Shown: one piece after another, positions 1 through 13,046 of the stretch
Layout: each line of letters begins with the position of its first letter
Position numbering within the stretch: the stretch's first letter is position 1
Assembly: GCA_051362555.1 (NCBI GenBank)
Contig: CM120641.1
Location: forward strand, 43,902,401 to 43,966,400
DNA from: Lingula anatina
Taxonomy: Eukaryota > Animalia > Brachiopoda
Direction of reading: 5' to 3'
DNA: 64,000 bases
The notes under the pieces: model-generated
Seen by the model: only the letters and a program-made list of their open reading frames with translations
Told to the model about the DNA's origin: nothing
Database searches by the model: none
Made by a program: the position numbers and the translations under genes

Positions 1-838
1 GGCTAAATAAACTCTTATCTTATCTTATCTTAATGCCTGTTGTTTGCCTTTAAACAATGGTATGCAAACGTCATACCTTTCTACATACTAATTCATTGAT
101 TTGCATTTTAGCAAGAAATATTGGGATGAATTAGTTAAATTTTTAGAATTTTATTTACTATAGGAGGGACAGACACACCAAGTATTGGTAATGACCTAAT
201 GCTTTCCCTCTATTTATTGAATTATATAAATTATTATATTATGTAAACTTGTTTGTTACCATTCATTGTCATTTTAAGACTATTATTATTATTATCTCAG
301 ATACCCAGGGGCCATTAAATGAGTATTTTGGAATCACCCATAACCAGCTTAAATATTTTACGGTGTAATTGTATTTATCATGCATAGTTATGGTTCTTCC
401 AATTGCCTTTATTACCTTTTGCTTCATGAAAACTGTTAATATTGACATGGATATTGCCTGTATTTTGATTCCAGACTCCCTTCCATTCACATTACAAGAT
501 CTTCCTTTGCATATGTACTGGTGGTTCATATATCTAAAAATCACCCTTATTAAAATCTTAATAATTTATCAACCTTTTTTTATGTAAAAAGTTACGAAAA
601 GAATCCATAGATTTTCATATCAAATCTAGACTGTTTGGCTGTCCTTACAAGTGCCGGTTAGTCACATTTGTAAGAGAAAATGGCTGAGTCAGTATCTTGT
701 TGGGTGAATTTTAATAAAAAAAAGTTGGTATATTTGATTTTATATTTATTACTTTAAAACCTATTTTGATTTTTCTCTACAGTCTATAACATAAGGCGTT
801 GCATGATTATTATCTTTATATTATCTTTTGTACCACAG

Positions 839-3800
839 GCAGTGAAGCTGCTTTCTGTGGAAACAACATAGTAGAAGAAGGAGAGGAATGTGACTGTGGA
901 TTTGCCAACAGCAATGGGGAATGTACAGACAAGTGCTGCAACCCAGCAGTAGAAAGTGGCAGTAGCAGTAATGCATGTAAAAGAAAGCCTGGCAAAGTGT
1001 GTAGGTAAGGGGAAATATGGATTGTTACAGTGCCAGATGCCACATTTTGCTGAAGGGAAAAACGAGCATGAAAAAATTTTAGCCTTGCTTTGCTCAGTGA
1101 ATATAAAATTGTAGAAGAGGACAATTTTATGTAATTTTTAGGGCAGGGGATTGGTTCTTTAGAAGATGAAAGGACATATTCCCTTTGTGCCACCTGGATC
1201 TGCCATTAAAATGGCATTTTCTTGAACTGCCTGTAATTATTCAGCAACTGAAAAGCTAATCTTAAAAGAAATGCTTATTTACCATTTTTAGGCATTTTAA
1301 GCAGTAATGGACACATAAACTAAAATTGGTAAAACTGTGATTGCTTATATATTATCTTGAATTTAAAATCAACGTCAGGGAGTGAAATCATTACGGTTGA
1401 ATTGTAGGGCAACTGCTTAATTTTTTATTCATAAATTTTTCTTTCAGCCCATCGCAAGGGCCATGTTGTGATCCAGACACCTGTGAGTATGTTCCAGAGT
1501 CAAGGAATCTTGTATGCAGAGCTGCTGCAGATTGCAATGAAGAACAGATTTGTAAATATCCTTGGTCTACAGGAGCATTTCACTTTTGTATTATAGACCA
1601 GTTTGCCTAATGGAGAATTGTGATAATAATTATAGTTGTACCACCAGCGTAGGCGCTGGCGGTACACATGGTTTTAGTCCCTACCCGTATGTTCCGCCAG
1701 CTCTGCCGGCTCCTGCGGCTCCACCGCCAAGTCATCATTACCGCTTCTCCTCCTAGACTACTAGGGCCTACGTACCCAGCTCTTGGATTTAGGTCACCTA
1801 TAATCTCAACTCGTTCCACGTAAAATTTGGGCTTTGTCGGTGTTGGGGTCTAGGTGTGGCACTCATTGCAATGCACCCTTGTCCAAAAATGGCAAAATTA
1901 AATGCTAATTATCTACCCTACGGAAGGAATTATGGGAAAAATTTCTACAGACAACTTTCCAAAAGTCATATGTGTAGATTTCAAATATACCCTTGGATTT
2001 GACCTTTAACCTTTATTTCAAGGTCAAACGGGCCAAAATTTTCCAAAAAACGAAATTTTTTACGAAAAAAAAATTGTTTGCGCTGTTATTCAGACACTAC
2101 ACAGACTTAACCAATAATATTGGAAAGAGTTACTCTTCAGTTCATCTTTCATCTCCGTGAATTTGGGGTCAATCGGTGCATTTTCACGGGAGTAGCGGCC
2201 ATAAGATACCGAAACTGAAAACTGTCTCTAATTCGGGAACCGTTAATGGTAGAGATCCAATCTTTTTTGCATTTTGTAGAGCATGTAAAGCCCAACACTG
2301 GAGGTGGTCTCTGTTTTTTTGTATTCCATACGGTTTTCGAGTTACGCTGTATCAAAAAGTACATATTGGTGGTGAAAGCAAAATGTGCAGTACGGTAATG
2401 GATAATAAATTTTGAACCCCGGGAAAATAAAACATAAGGCTTGGCAAGGCAGACAACGTCTGGTCAAAAATGACATTATTTCATGAAATTTGAACATCTG
2501 GAACTTCTGAGCACTTCCCATTTCAAGAATTTTGACCAAAATGACCTTTTCTTTATTTTAATTAATTTTTTCTGTATGAAATTTATGGCACATTATTGTA
2601 ACTCCAAAATTATAACATTTAGTCCCTTATATCTCCAAAACTGGCAGAGATAGGTCCATAGTTACTATTGAACTTGAATAGGAAGTCATATACTGGCAAT
2701 CTAAATGTGACCTTGAAATTGACCTTTGACCTACTTTTCATCATGAATTGAACTTTGCAAATTTTTGTTCCCTTTTATCTACAAAACTGGCGGAGATAGG
2801 TCCATAGTTACTATTGAACTTGGATAGGAAGTCATATATTGGCAATCTAAATGTGACCTTGAAATTGACCTTTGACCTACTTTTCACCATGAACTGAACT
2901 TTGCAAATTTTTGTTCCCTTTTATCTACAAAACTGGCGGAGATAGGTCCATAGTTACTATTGAAATTGGATAGGAAGTCATATACTGGCAATCTAAGTGT
3001 GACCTTGAAATTGACCTTTGACCTACTTTTCATCATGAATTGAACTTTGCAAATCTTGGTTCCCTTTTATCTCCAAAACTGGCAGAGATAGGTCCATAGT
3101 TATTATTGAACTTGAAAAGGAAGTCGTATACTGGCAATCTTACTGTGACCTTGAAATTGACCTTTGACCTACTTTACACCATAAACTGAACTTTGCAAAT
3201 TTTTGTTCCCTTTTATCTCCAAAACTGGCAGATATAGGTCCATAGCTACTATTGAACTTGGATAGGAAGTCATATACTGGCAATCTAAGTGTGACCTTGA
3301 AATTGACCTTTGACCTACTATTCACCATGCACTTAATTTTGCAAATTTAAGTTCCCTTTATCTCCAAAACTGGCAAAGATACGCCCATAGTTACTATTGA
3401 ATTTGAATAGAAAGTCATTAGAGGCAATTTACTGTGACCTTAAAATTGATCTTTGACCTACTTTTCACCATGAACTGAACTTTGCTAATTTCTTTTCCTT
3501 TTAACTCCAAACCTGGCAGAGATACGTCCATAGTTACTATTGATGTTGAATAGGAAGTCGTATACTTGTTATCTTACTTTGACCTTGAAATTGACCTTTG
3601 ACCTACTTTACACCATAAACTGAACTTTGCAACTTTTTTAATGCTTATACTTTCAAAACTGGCAGGGATAGGTCCATAGTTACTATTGAACTTGAATAGG
3701 AAGTCATATACTGGCAATGTAAGTGTGACCTTGAAATTGACCTTTGACCTACTTTGTACGATGAACTGAACTTTGATTGTACCACTTTAGTTTTATTTTT

Positions 3801-6800
3801 TTTGCACATTTTGAGAATTCTTGTTGATTGCATTTTTTACAGCTTGTCAAGCACAAGACTGGTAGTGGTGTCCCTTTTTTTTGGGGGGGGGGGGGTCCAT
3901 ACGAATGCGCTTACTCCAGCTGGTGGTACAATATCCGGAGGCGGATCTCTCTGATCCTCTAGTTAATCGAGATTTAGAAGTCACATTTTCACACTGCTAG
4001 CCTTTTTATATATGACCACATGCTCTGATAACTTTTAAGCTGATTTTAACTGCATGCGATTTAATCATAAATGAAGTACTCTTTTCTGTCAGTAAAATAT
4101 TAGCCTTAACTCCTGTCTCACGGGAAGAAACTACACTTGTCCAGACTCAAGATTGAAGGCGGACTTTTCACCTTGTAAAAATAATACCAAAGTATGCAAA
4201 CAAGGGGTAAGTTTTTTTTTCTGTTTTCAGTATATCTTATCACAGTGATTCTTTTATAAGGATATTGCTAGATTTACAATATGATTGTCATGTTATAAGA
4301 CCTAACTTTTCACTTTCTACACAAAATTAAACTACACGTTACAAAGATTTTGATCACAAAGTGACCTTCCTACAAAGACTACACAGATGAATTTCTATCA
4401 GAATAGTTTTATTATTTGAAAGTGTTGTAACGTGATATTTAAACATGTGGATGACATAACCCTACTCAGCACTGGCAATTTGCAATCCCCTGATTCCTAA
4501 CAATGGCAATAAATGGAGCAGTCAGTGTTTTTACACCAATGTATCTCTTCAGTAATTTTGACCGTTGAATTGACCACAGTATTTAGCTTCTATTTCTATA
4601 AACAAGTGGTACCTTGTGCTTCCTGTGTAGTGTAAAACTTATTAATTTAAATATCTCATTTATATCAGCAGTTATTGCCCTTTTGACATGGCATAGAATT
4701 TGAATATTGTATAAAACAAATAAAAGTTCCCAGCCTTTTTCATTCTTTCAGTAAGCCTTCACACTGGTAATTTGATAGTGAGTGTAAGGAATTTTGTCAG
4801 GCAAGGATAACTCACTTCAATATTAACCAGGTAATAGACTTTATGTGGTTAAAGATGTTTTCCACTTTCTTTTTAGGAATGCACTGGGTCTATATGTGAA
4901 AGAATAGAGAGTAATAATGTCCGCTGGGAGGAGTGCTTCATTAAAGCTGATCTTGCAGATAAAAAAGTTGACAAGACATCCTTATGTTATGTATCTTGTA
5001 GAGGTATGTTGGTGCTCTTAATATTTCTGTTATAATAACAGTCCTTTCAGACTTTTCAAGTTACAGGCCATCCGGGCCACCAGGGTCTGAGATTTTATTA
5101 TTATTTTCAAAAGGTAATTTTAAAAAATGGTGTCGACATTTAGTCTGAACATTTATAAAAATGAATTTGAGTACATAACAGCTGAAAAAATCCACTGGCC
5201 CAAGTAGGTAACCCACTGGTTTTCAGAAATTTTACCTTTCCTGGCGTTGGCAGTCCGTCCAGTAGTTAGCATCACGGACTGTTATTAAATGTATTTTTAA
5301 TAAGGGGTGGAGAGGCATATAATTTATGGTTCATGGTTTCATTTTTACATTTTTTTTTTGATAATTTGATAATTTTCTAAAATATTTTTGACATTTAAAT
5401 TTAAATGTGAAAAACGATGTATTTTCCTAATTGTAGAAGGGAATGCTACAAAATGCTGGAGCTCTTTGAATCAAAAGGATAGCGGTTTTCCAGATACTTT
5501 TAAGGACATGTTACAAAATGTTACCAATGGAGCTGCTATCAAAGCGCCCCCTGGTGAGTAGAGAGTCCATGTAAAATGTTATACTGGTGTGTATAGTTGT
5601 GAGTGGGAGTGGATGGGTGTCTAGGATGGAATAGTGGATTTTGATGGTGGTGTAGTTTATTGATAGGTGTTATATAGATGGGGTAGAATAATTTCATTGT
5701 TGGGCATGTAGTTTTGATTTGTATGATGGTTTTACAACTTGTTTTTAATGTTGTAATATTTTAGTATTTTATCATTGTAAAGTCTACTGAACTTCTAACG
5801 ATTTTGGACTTTAAATGAATTTTATTATAATAGTTGTGTGTAAGGATTGATGAAGGTTTATGAAAGGCTAGATGGGGTTTGTTTCACCAGGACACCTCTA
5901 GCATAATAATGTTAGGGATATTAGATGATATTGATAAAGATGATAACAATGATGGATGACATTTATTTGTTAAGAGTATATTTATTTTAAATGTTCAGTA
6001 GCCAACATTTTGTTGGAAAAAAGGAAAACCACTTAGTTCTTTGTGAAATGCCAGTATACCATGTTTACCTGCTTTCCATCTGTATTTGTACCAGGTGCGC
6101 CATGTAATAATTTTGCTGGCTACTGTGATGTGTTTTATAAATGTCGAGGGGTGGATGCTGATGGACCCTTGGCAAGACTCAAGAACTTACTTTTTAATGA
6201 GCAGACACTTAATTCAATTAAGGATTGGATTATTGTAAGTTGAGAACTAGAATGGTATTGTAAATACTTTTTTTTAAAAGAAAGAAAGAAAATAAGAAAG
6301 GAAAAAAGGCAGTTCTTTAAGGTTACCAAATGAAATATTTTTTTAAATCTGTCTTGTAAGAAGATATCTCTAGACTTGTCTTTATAAAAAATACTATCAG
6401 TAGTCTGTAGGAATTTTAGTCAGCATTGAGAAAGTGGAGATGAATGATACAAATTTGGTCATAGAAATTGTGAATTAATTCTTTCTTGCATTGTGTCCTA
6501 TAGCAACAACAACAACAACAGAAAAAAGATAAAAATCATTTTGGACACATTTTTCTAAAAAATTTTCATTGATTAATGATTCAATTCCAGACTTATTGGT
6601 GGGCAGTGGTTCTTATGATCATAGGTCTGATCATCTTCATGGCTTTGTTTATTAAACTTTGTGCTGTGCACACTCCCAGCAGCAACCCTAATAAAAAACC
6701 TGCACGAAAGGTCAGCGAAACCATGAACACGCTGAGGCACCCGCGACAGAGTATTCGCCAATACCGAGAGGGGGTGAGTTAGAATGTGACACAGTATTTC

Positions 6801-7169
6801 TGTTTCTTTTTCTGTCCATCTCTTTATTGATACATGTAAATCATTCCTTATTCTAACAAAAAAATTTGCTACGCTTATTGATAAAATAGTATTTTGACAT
6901 ATATAACCTAATTACAAGTTTAAAAAAAAAAATGTTTGAATTCTAAAAAAAAAATAAACATTTGCCCATTAACACCCTAGCATTATGGGAATGTTTGTAC
7001 TGAAAATGGTAACAATTTTTTTCTCTCTCCACAGCACCGCCACCCCCAGGAGCCGCCCCCTCCATACCCTGGCCCAAGCCAAGGTGCCCCGCCCCATGGC
7101 CGAGGCAAGAGAAGTGGAGGAAAGGGAGGAAGAAAAGAACAAGTGGAGATGAAGGGGCGTCGTGTATAA
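839..7169 (+). CDS. ADAM10: ADAM10/kuzbanian metalloprotease, 3' part (disintegrin, Cys-rich, TM, cytoplasmic tail); 5' exons lie upstream of the window
   Basis: Exons 839-1004, 1448-1555, 4122-4206, 4877-5003, 5437-5553, 6095-6234, 6591-6773 and 7035-7169 (TAA) join in frame. Translation: [110 protein letters not shown], all ADAM10 hallmarks. All introns are GT-AG except 1556-4121 (AT-AC). Confidence 0.96.
1631..3964 (+). mobile_element. Helentron-associated non-autonomous element (HINE-like) inside the U12 intron
   Basis: Sub-terminal inverted repeats TTGTACCACCAGC (1636-1648) / GCTGGTGGTACAA (3919-3931); 5' hairpin TGTACCACCAGCG..CGCTGGCGGTACA; 3' stem-loop GGATC-TCTCT-GATCC (3943-3957) followed by CTAGTT; internal tandem array. 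Confidence 0.8.
2622..3775. repeat. Tandem array, ~146-bp unit, about 8 copies
   Basis: The CTGGC(A/G)GAGATAGGTCCATAG anchor recurs at 2641, 2787, 2933, 3079, 3225, 3370, 3513 and 3659; units carry TGACCTTGAAATTGACCTTTGACCT or a close variant. Confidence 0.95.
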
Positions 7170-10100
7170 CACAAGCTGCAGATAACAATATGATGATAAC
7201 AATTGTGAAAAAATGTTGGCACAAATCAGGGAGTAGCAGATACTTTTTGTTGAATTATTCACTTTCCACCATTATTGAAGAGGATGAAAAAACATATCAT
7301 GCACTTAAATGTTTTTTTTTTTTTTTTTCCATTTTCTTTTTGTAATATGGCGCACTATGGGATTGCTTTGTTGATCTAATGAAGATGGGAACTTTTTATA
7401 TCTCTGAAGGTTGCAGTAAACATAGTGAATATAATTTGTATAATATTGGTAAATATCCCATTACCAGTACAGTGATGGAATTATCACGATGCATATGTGG
7501 TGTCATGATACTGGCCATTACACACTGTATTGGCATATGTTTATGTGTCACCTTCATAGGTAACACTGCTAACACAATAGACACACCACATTTTGCTGCG
7601 TGGGAAAACCTTCTAACAGTCAAGGATCATTCCTGATGTATATATACCATTTTAAAGGAAATTTGTACTAGTTTTAACAATGATGTTTTTCTTGGCCCAT
7701 GCTTGTGTAAATTCAAATGCTGGAAATGATTTAATTTGGCTAGAGATGATGTATTATTTTAAAGTATTCGCCAGTTTAATTATTACTATTATTATTATTA
7801 TTTGATCCAAAATCTGATTTGACTTAAGAAAAGTGCAGTTATTTGGCGTAAAGACAGAGAATGCCAGTGTTTGGCCGGGTATTGAAATGTTCTGTGAGGC
7901 ACCATATGTTGATACTGTAATGTGATTGTGCAAACATGACAGCAGCGATAGAGAAATGACTACAATAACAACAGCAGGGAGTCAATATTCTTATATTTAT
8001 ACTTAATGAGTACTTTTGGGTTGTGAAAATTATCGTGCAAAAACAAACAAGACATGTATATGGCAACTTGCTCCCCATTAGCTGCGCTAAGGAGTGCCCA
8101 TGATTTGCCTGACAGATAGACCTCGAGACAGACAAACAGACAGACACACAAACATACACACACACACAGGAAGACAGTTTTTCATCTAATTTCAACCTAT
8201 ATTAGACAATCATTGCCATCATCATTCATATTGCCCAGAGAGAAATGAAAATAGCCTGCTTGTCTGGTAATTACATTGTTGATCTTTATACAGTACATGA
8301 ATTGGCTCATGAAGGCTTTTATCAGCTTATTACAGCATTTAGGCAAATGAAAAATTGTGATTTTACAACTGTGTCTGAAAAGCTGCAGCAAAAAAACTTG
8401 GTTAAATGATTTTCATCACCAAACTCATGCCCCGAGTTTGGTCAATATTGTCAAGGCTTAGCATTTATAAATATAATATATATACTTGAAAGTGAATATT
8501 AATATGAATATACAGTTATACATATAATACATGGAGACCAAGGGCCATCTGGTCAGACATATTTTATTAGGATGGTTGAAACTTGTATCATATAGATCAA
8601 ATAGTTAATTTTTACTCAGGATAACGTTCCACTTGATGTCTAGTATAGATACTTTGCACGTGTATCACTTCTATTCAGAAAACCAAATGCACAATTTACC
8701 AATAACCACCTTTAAGATAAAATCTCATCTAGAATTTGTTTGAGTATGTATGTTAGGATATATACCTAGAGGGTCACTGTTGTCACCATTTAATGAGTAG
8801 TTATAAGACAATGGGAATTTCCAATTCACCTTTTTTTGTGTGTTGGGTGTTGTGTGTTATACTGTTATGGACACCTGGGCCTTTTCTGCAGGGCAGCTTG
8901 GTCGAGGTGATGTGTATCAAATCACGTGCAAGGCATCTATATGATGACATGGTATATGAAGATAACTTCATTTTTAGGCTGTCAATCAGTTTGATTATGC
9001 TCTGGCACTTGATCTGGCACAGAATGCTTATTCAAAATTATGCACATTTGATATATAGATTTACTTCCAAACAAATTCTTTTTCCCTTTTCTTGTCATGT
9101 GCTAAATACTGTGATAAATCTAGGCTTGAATGGAACATATTTGTGTGAATTTTGCATTTGTAGAATAAGCAAACTAGTAGTCAATGCTTCAAGAAGAATA
9201 AGTTTGTTTGCGATTAAAAGCGTAATAGTGAAAATAGTTCTGAATATTATTTTCTTATTGTGTGTGTCACTATTACTCGGTACTAAAAAGAAATCTGTCA
9301 TTATTATTTTTTGTCTTAGAAAAAGGAACTGAGGTTTGTTCCAATTTTGTAATTAGACACTGTTAAATCTTCAGCTTATTTCATAATTACATTTCATGTG
9401 CAGAAATGAATCCCACTATTTTTATAGAGAAGGCATGCACACCAGTCAGACTGTCTGACACCATGATCATGTGACATACATCCATAACATCATGATCATG
9501 TGACTTCTGTCGGCTTATCCCATTTGTGGAAAGGATTGAGCTTAAAACAGCATCTTAACTAGAATTTCTGCTGCACCAATTTTCCTTTCTCAGCATAGTG
9601 ATGTCTGTTAATATCTTAAATCTTATTTGATTGCAATACCTTTTTATATGTCTAGATATCTGCTTGGTGGTGCAGTCACTAGTTACAAGGATGGTTAAAT
9701 ATTTCAAAACTTGGATATGATGTCTCATTTAAAAGCCATGTTTGCCTTTCTGTGCATTAATTAATGCGACGGAAATGTTTTCTGGTAGTTGATGAATTTG
9801 GTGCGCTAGCCAAACCTTTGGCAAGAATGCATCTCTTTAAACAGGTGGCCAACTCTGCTTCTGAAGTCCAAAGGCTTGGTATGGTTAAGCATGAACTGGA
9901 CAAAAATCATTGAACAAAAAACATAGCCAGGGGTCAGAAGCGCAATGCTGTTGGTGGAAAACTAAACAAAATGCATGCGGAAGTAGTGAACAATAGACAA
10001 ATATGGCGAAAACTAGTCACATTCAAGTATTGAAAAAAAAAAGAGGATATATTAACTGTGTCCATCATTTTATTCCATTTGATCTTGCGCATGTAGACAA

Positions 10101-10450
10101 ATATGTTGTTCTTTACAATGGGGGCATACATGAATTTAGCACCCCAAGATTAATCCTTATCAAGGCCCAGCTCTGAATTCTTTGTTAAGATATATTCAAC
10201 GTTATGTAAATTAATCTTGAAGTGGGAGGTGGTCAAGTGTCCTCTGTGAGGTCCGTGCCGAGCATGTATGTCGTCACGAATTGGTCCCTGTGGTAACGGA
10301 TCATGTGACTTTTTTACGTGACCATTGTTGTGAATAACATTTAAGTAGCGTAAAGTGACCTTATAACAAGCTAAACTGTTAGATATATAACCGTCGTCTC
10401 ATCTCTCATCAATGCGGTCATGTGTAAACTTTTTCTTACTAATAGTGTTC

Positions 10451-10456
10451 AATAAA
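10451..10456 (+). terminator. Candidate distal poly(A) signal of ADAM10 (would imply a ~3.3-kb 3' UTR)
   Basis: AATAAA followed by T/GT-rich sequence; the upstream 7170-10450 stretch is UTR-like with no credible ORF. Confidence 0.4.
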
Positions 10457-11754
10457 ATTATGACATTTTATAAGTCGTTTGTGCTCTTCATTTTGTCTTT
10501 CAGACACATCTTGACGTTGGATAAGGCTAAAATATCTGATGCTCATTCTCACAAGAAACTTCTTTTGAAAGATCGTAAAGCGTACATTTCTATAGCCAGC
10601 CATACTTTCATTACGCAAACTGTCGGAGATAACTTGAAATAGGCATGTTGACGACAGAGGTTAGTTTTATTCCAGTAAAACTCAGGGTGACTATGAAAGT
10701 TTTTATTTTCGAAATGCATGTTTCAGTTTGACACAGAAGAGTAATTTGTTTAATAATATATCGTCTACTTTTAAAAAAAGAAATGAAGGGTAAATTTCCT
10801 TTTGAACTTTTAAATTGCGACTTTAACATATTTGTATGAGGTTAAGGACAAAAATACCTTTCATGCTGGCGGATCCAGGATTTAAAGAAATGGGGGGGGG
10901 GGGGGGGGGGGGGGCACATTTTGGTGCCCGTAATAATGCAAAAACAATGAGCAATGTCCTTAAAAATGACTTAAAGGCCCTTTCCTTATTTTCAAAGCAT
11001 AAAAGCGCAAAAAGCTTTGTGTCCGCTTGTTTAATTTTGTCGGTCTTAAAAACTTAGTCCGTACAGCAGAGGATTATACTTTTATTGAGCACTAAAATGT
11101 TTCAGTACATTTTGCAGGCCCTCTAAACTACTTGTATATATATATATACATTAAGTACAATCTAGACCTATTATCACAATAAAAAATAAATAAATAAATA
11201 ATAACAATAATAATAATAATAGTAATAATAATAATTATTGTAATAATAATAATTATTGACTTGATAATAATGAAGTTAAAGCCAAAAACTTTTTGGGAAA
11301 GCCCAGAAAAAATGCCATAGTACGCAGAGTGCAGACTCATTAATTGCACCGAATGACCTGAATATAGCCTGTCTGATTAACTGGATGTGCCATTCTCATC
11401 ATCTTTTCACCAGTGCTAGCATTTCTTGCTTGTTGCGTAATTTGTATTCTTCATCCTACTTGTAAAGATGACAGTTTGCTTGTTTTCTAAACATGTCACC
11501 CGCCCACTCGCTCAGGGGTGGCAGGCTGGATCACGGTGGGCACGTGCATACACTGGACCATCTTAAACCGTGAAAAGAGACTTTCCATTTGACGTGAACA
11601 GTCCACATTTTGAGCCCATTGCGCTTCAGTTGTAACTCCATGTGAATCAATCTTTAGCTACCGATGGCGTGTGACGCTTTAAGGCTGTGTTACGCTCTTA
11701 GGTCGTCACGCGTGTGACCAAATCCTACGCCCTTATGTATGATGTGGAGTTTAA

Positions 11755-11996
11755 GGGACCATTACCAGACCCTATCGTACTAACTGTGGATCGATCTATC
11801 TCCAAATTGCAATTAACTTAAGCGGCCTAGATGTCGGTCACGCCTACTGAAGCTGCTAGGGGGTAATTAATTATCGTTTAGCAGCTTTAGTAGGTGTACC
11901 ACACATCTAAGTTGCTTAAGCTGAAAGCAATTTAGCGAGAAACCCCATGGAGATGGATCGATCCTGTTAGATCGATCTAGGTATGGGAACCCAGTC
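11755..11996. mobile_element. Degenerate PIF/Harbinger-like MITE (GATCGATC family)
   Basis: TAA flanks; internal GATCGATC palindromes and a GGGGGTAATTAA core shared with the copies at 37171 and 39132. Confidence 0.55.
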
Positions 11997-12996
11997 TAAG
12001 ACATTTGTCGCTAGTGCAGGTGGACGGAAATGATGAAATTGAAAACTGTTTTAATTAAAGTTTGTTTTTCAACTGGTAAAGCTACCATATTTCCAAGATA
12101 TTCATCATGATCATTATTAATGTTGTTGTTATTGTTTTTGTTGTTGCTACTGAGAAAGTAGGTGAAAGAGCGCGAGATACTCTCTATCTTTAATCCATGA
12201 TGTTTCATCTTTTCTTTCTCTTTCTGGCTCCCAAAAGAAATGGTTTATAATTAGGCGGGGGAGAAAGTGAAGGCACTGAGAAAAAATTGATTACACGAAC
12301 AAATATTTTAAGATCATTAAAATGGCCCAGGAAACTAGCTTCAGTGCAAATTCCTTACGGCATGATGTCTTACAAACTCTGTGGTCATCCTAGGTTTGTT
12401 TCCCAGCGAGAGTCTTTGACAAACGGGATCCTTTAGTGTCACAGGATGCGTATCCTGTACAGGTTAAAAGGATGTCTTTGAATAGCTTGCGCTCACATTT
12501 GTATTTTAAACCCACATGCAACCCACCCCACGGTGAACTCCTTGGGTTTGGAGGACACCCCCCCCCCCCCCCCCCCCCCCCATTCGTGTGTATATGTATA
12601 TATGGCAATTAAAAGATTTAAGATAACAGGACGTTGATATGTACCACATAGAGAATTTTAAGCTAAAGATGAACCATGGACAAAATTACGAAAATTCGTT
12701 ATTATGTCCAAGGATGAGCATGTGATGATACGTTATATGTTCACTACATCCCACGTATTCTTTGTTTTTAAAATCTACATAATAATAATATTTATTTCTT
12801 GAAATCATGGCCAATATTGATTCGTACAAACTGAATTATACAATATAGAAAACTATTAAACAAGAAGATAAGTATTTACAGTTGCAGATGAAATTATAAA
12901 AAATAATGAAAGCAGCATATGATTAATATAAATAAATTAATATAAATATAAATATAATATATTAGGAGTAATCCCAACTTAATACATAAGGAGTAA

Positions 12997-13005
12997 TCTC
13001 TCTCT

Positions 13006-13044
<39 letters not shown>
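12997..13044. repeat. (CT)n microsatellite
   Basis: Direct reading. Confidence 0.9.

Positions 13045-13046
<2 letters not shown>

Larger units (their letters stand above)
1556..4121 (+). other. U12-type (minor spliceosome) AT-AC intron of ADAM10
   Basis: 5' end ATATCCTTG at 1556; branch-point CCTTAAC at 4104-4110; 3' end CTCAC at 4117-4121. Removing it restores ...C-K-G-R-N-Y-T-C-P in frame. Confidence 0.93.

Noticed and set aside
2622-3775. Regular repeat array resembling CRISPR
   Set aside because: Whole units are homologous with no unique spacers; eukaryotic context and no cas genes.
8793-9332. 179-aa + strand ORF
   Set aside because: No recognisable domain and the composition reflects AT-rich DNA; it lies in the presumptive ADAM10 3' UTR.
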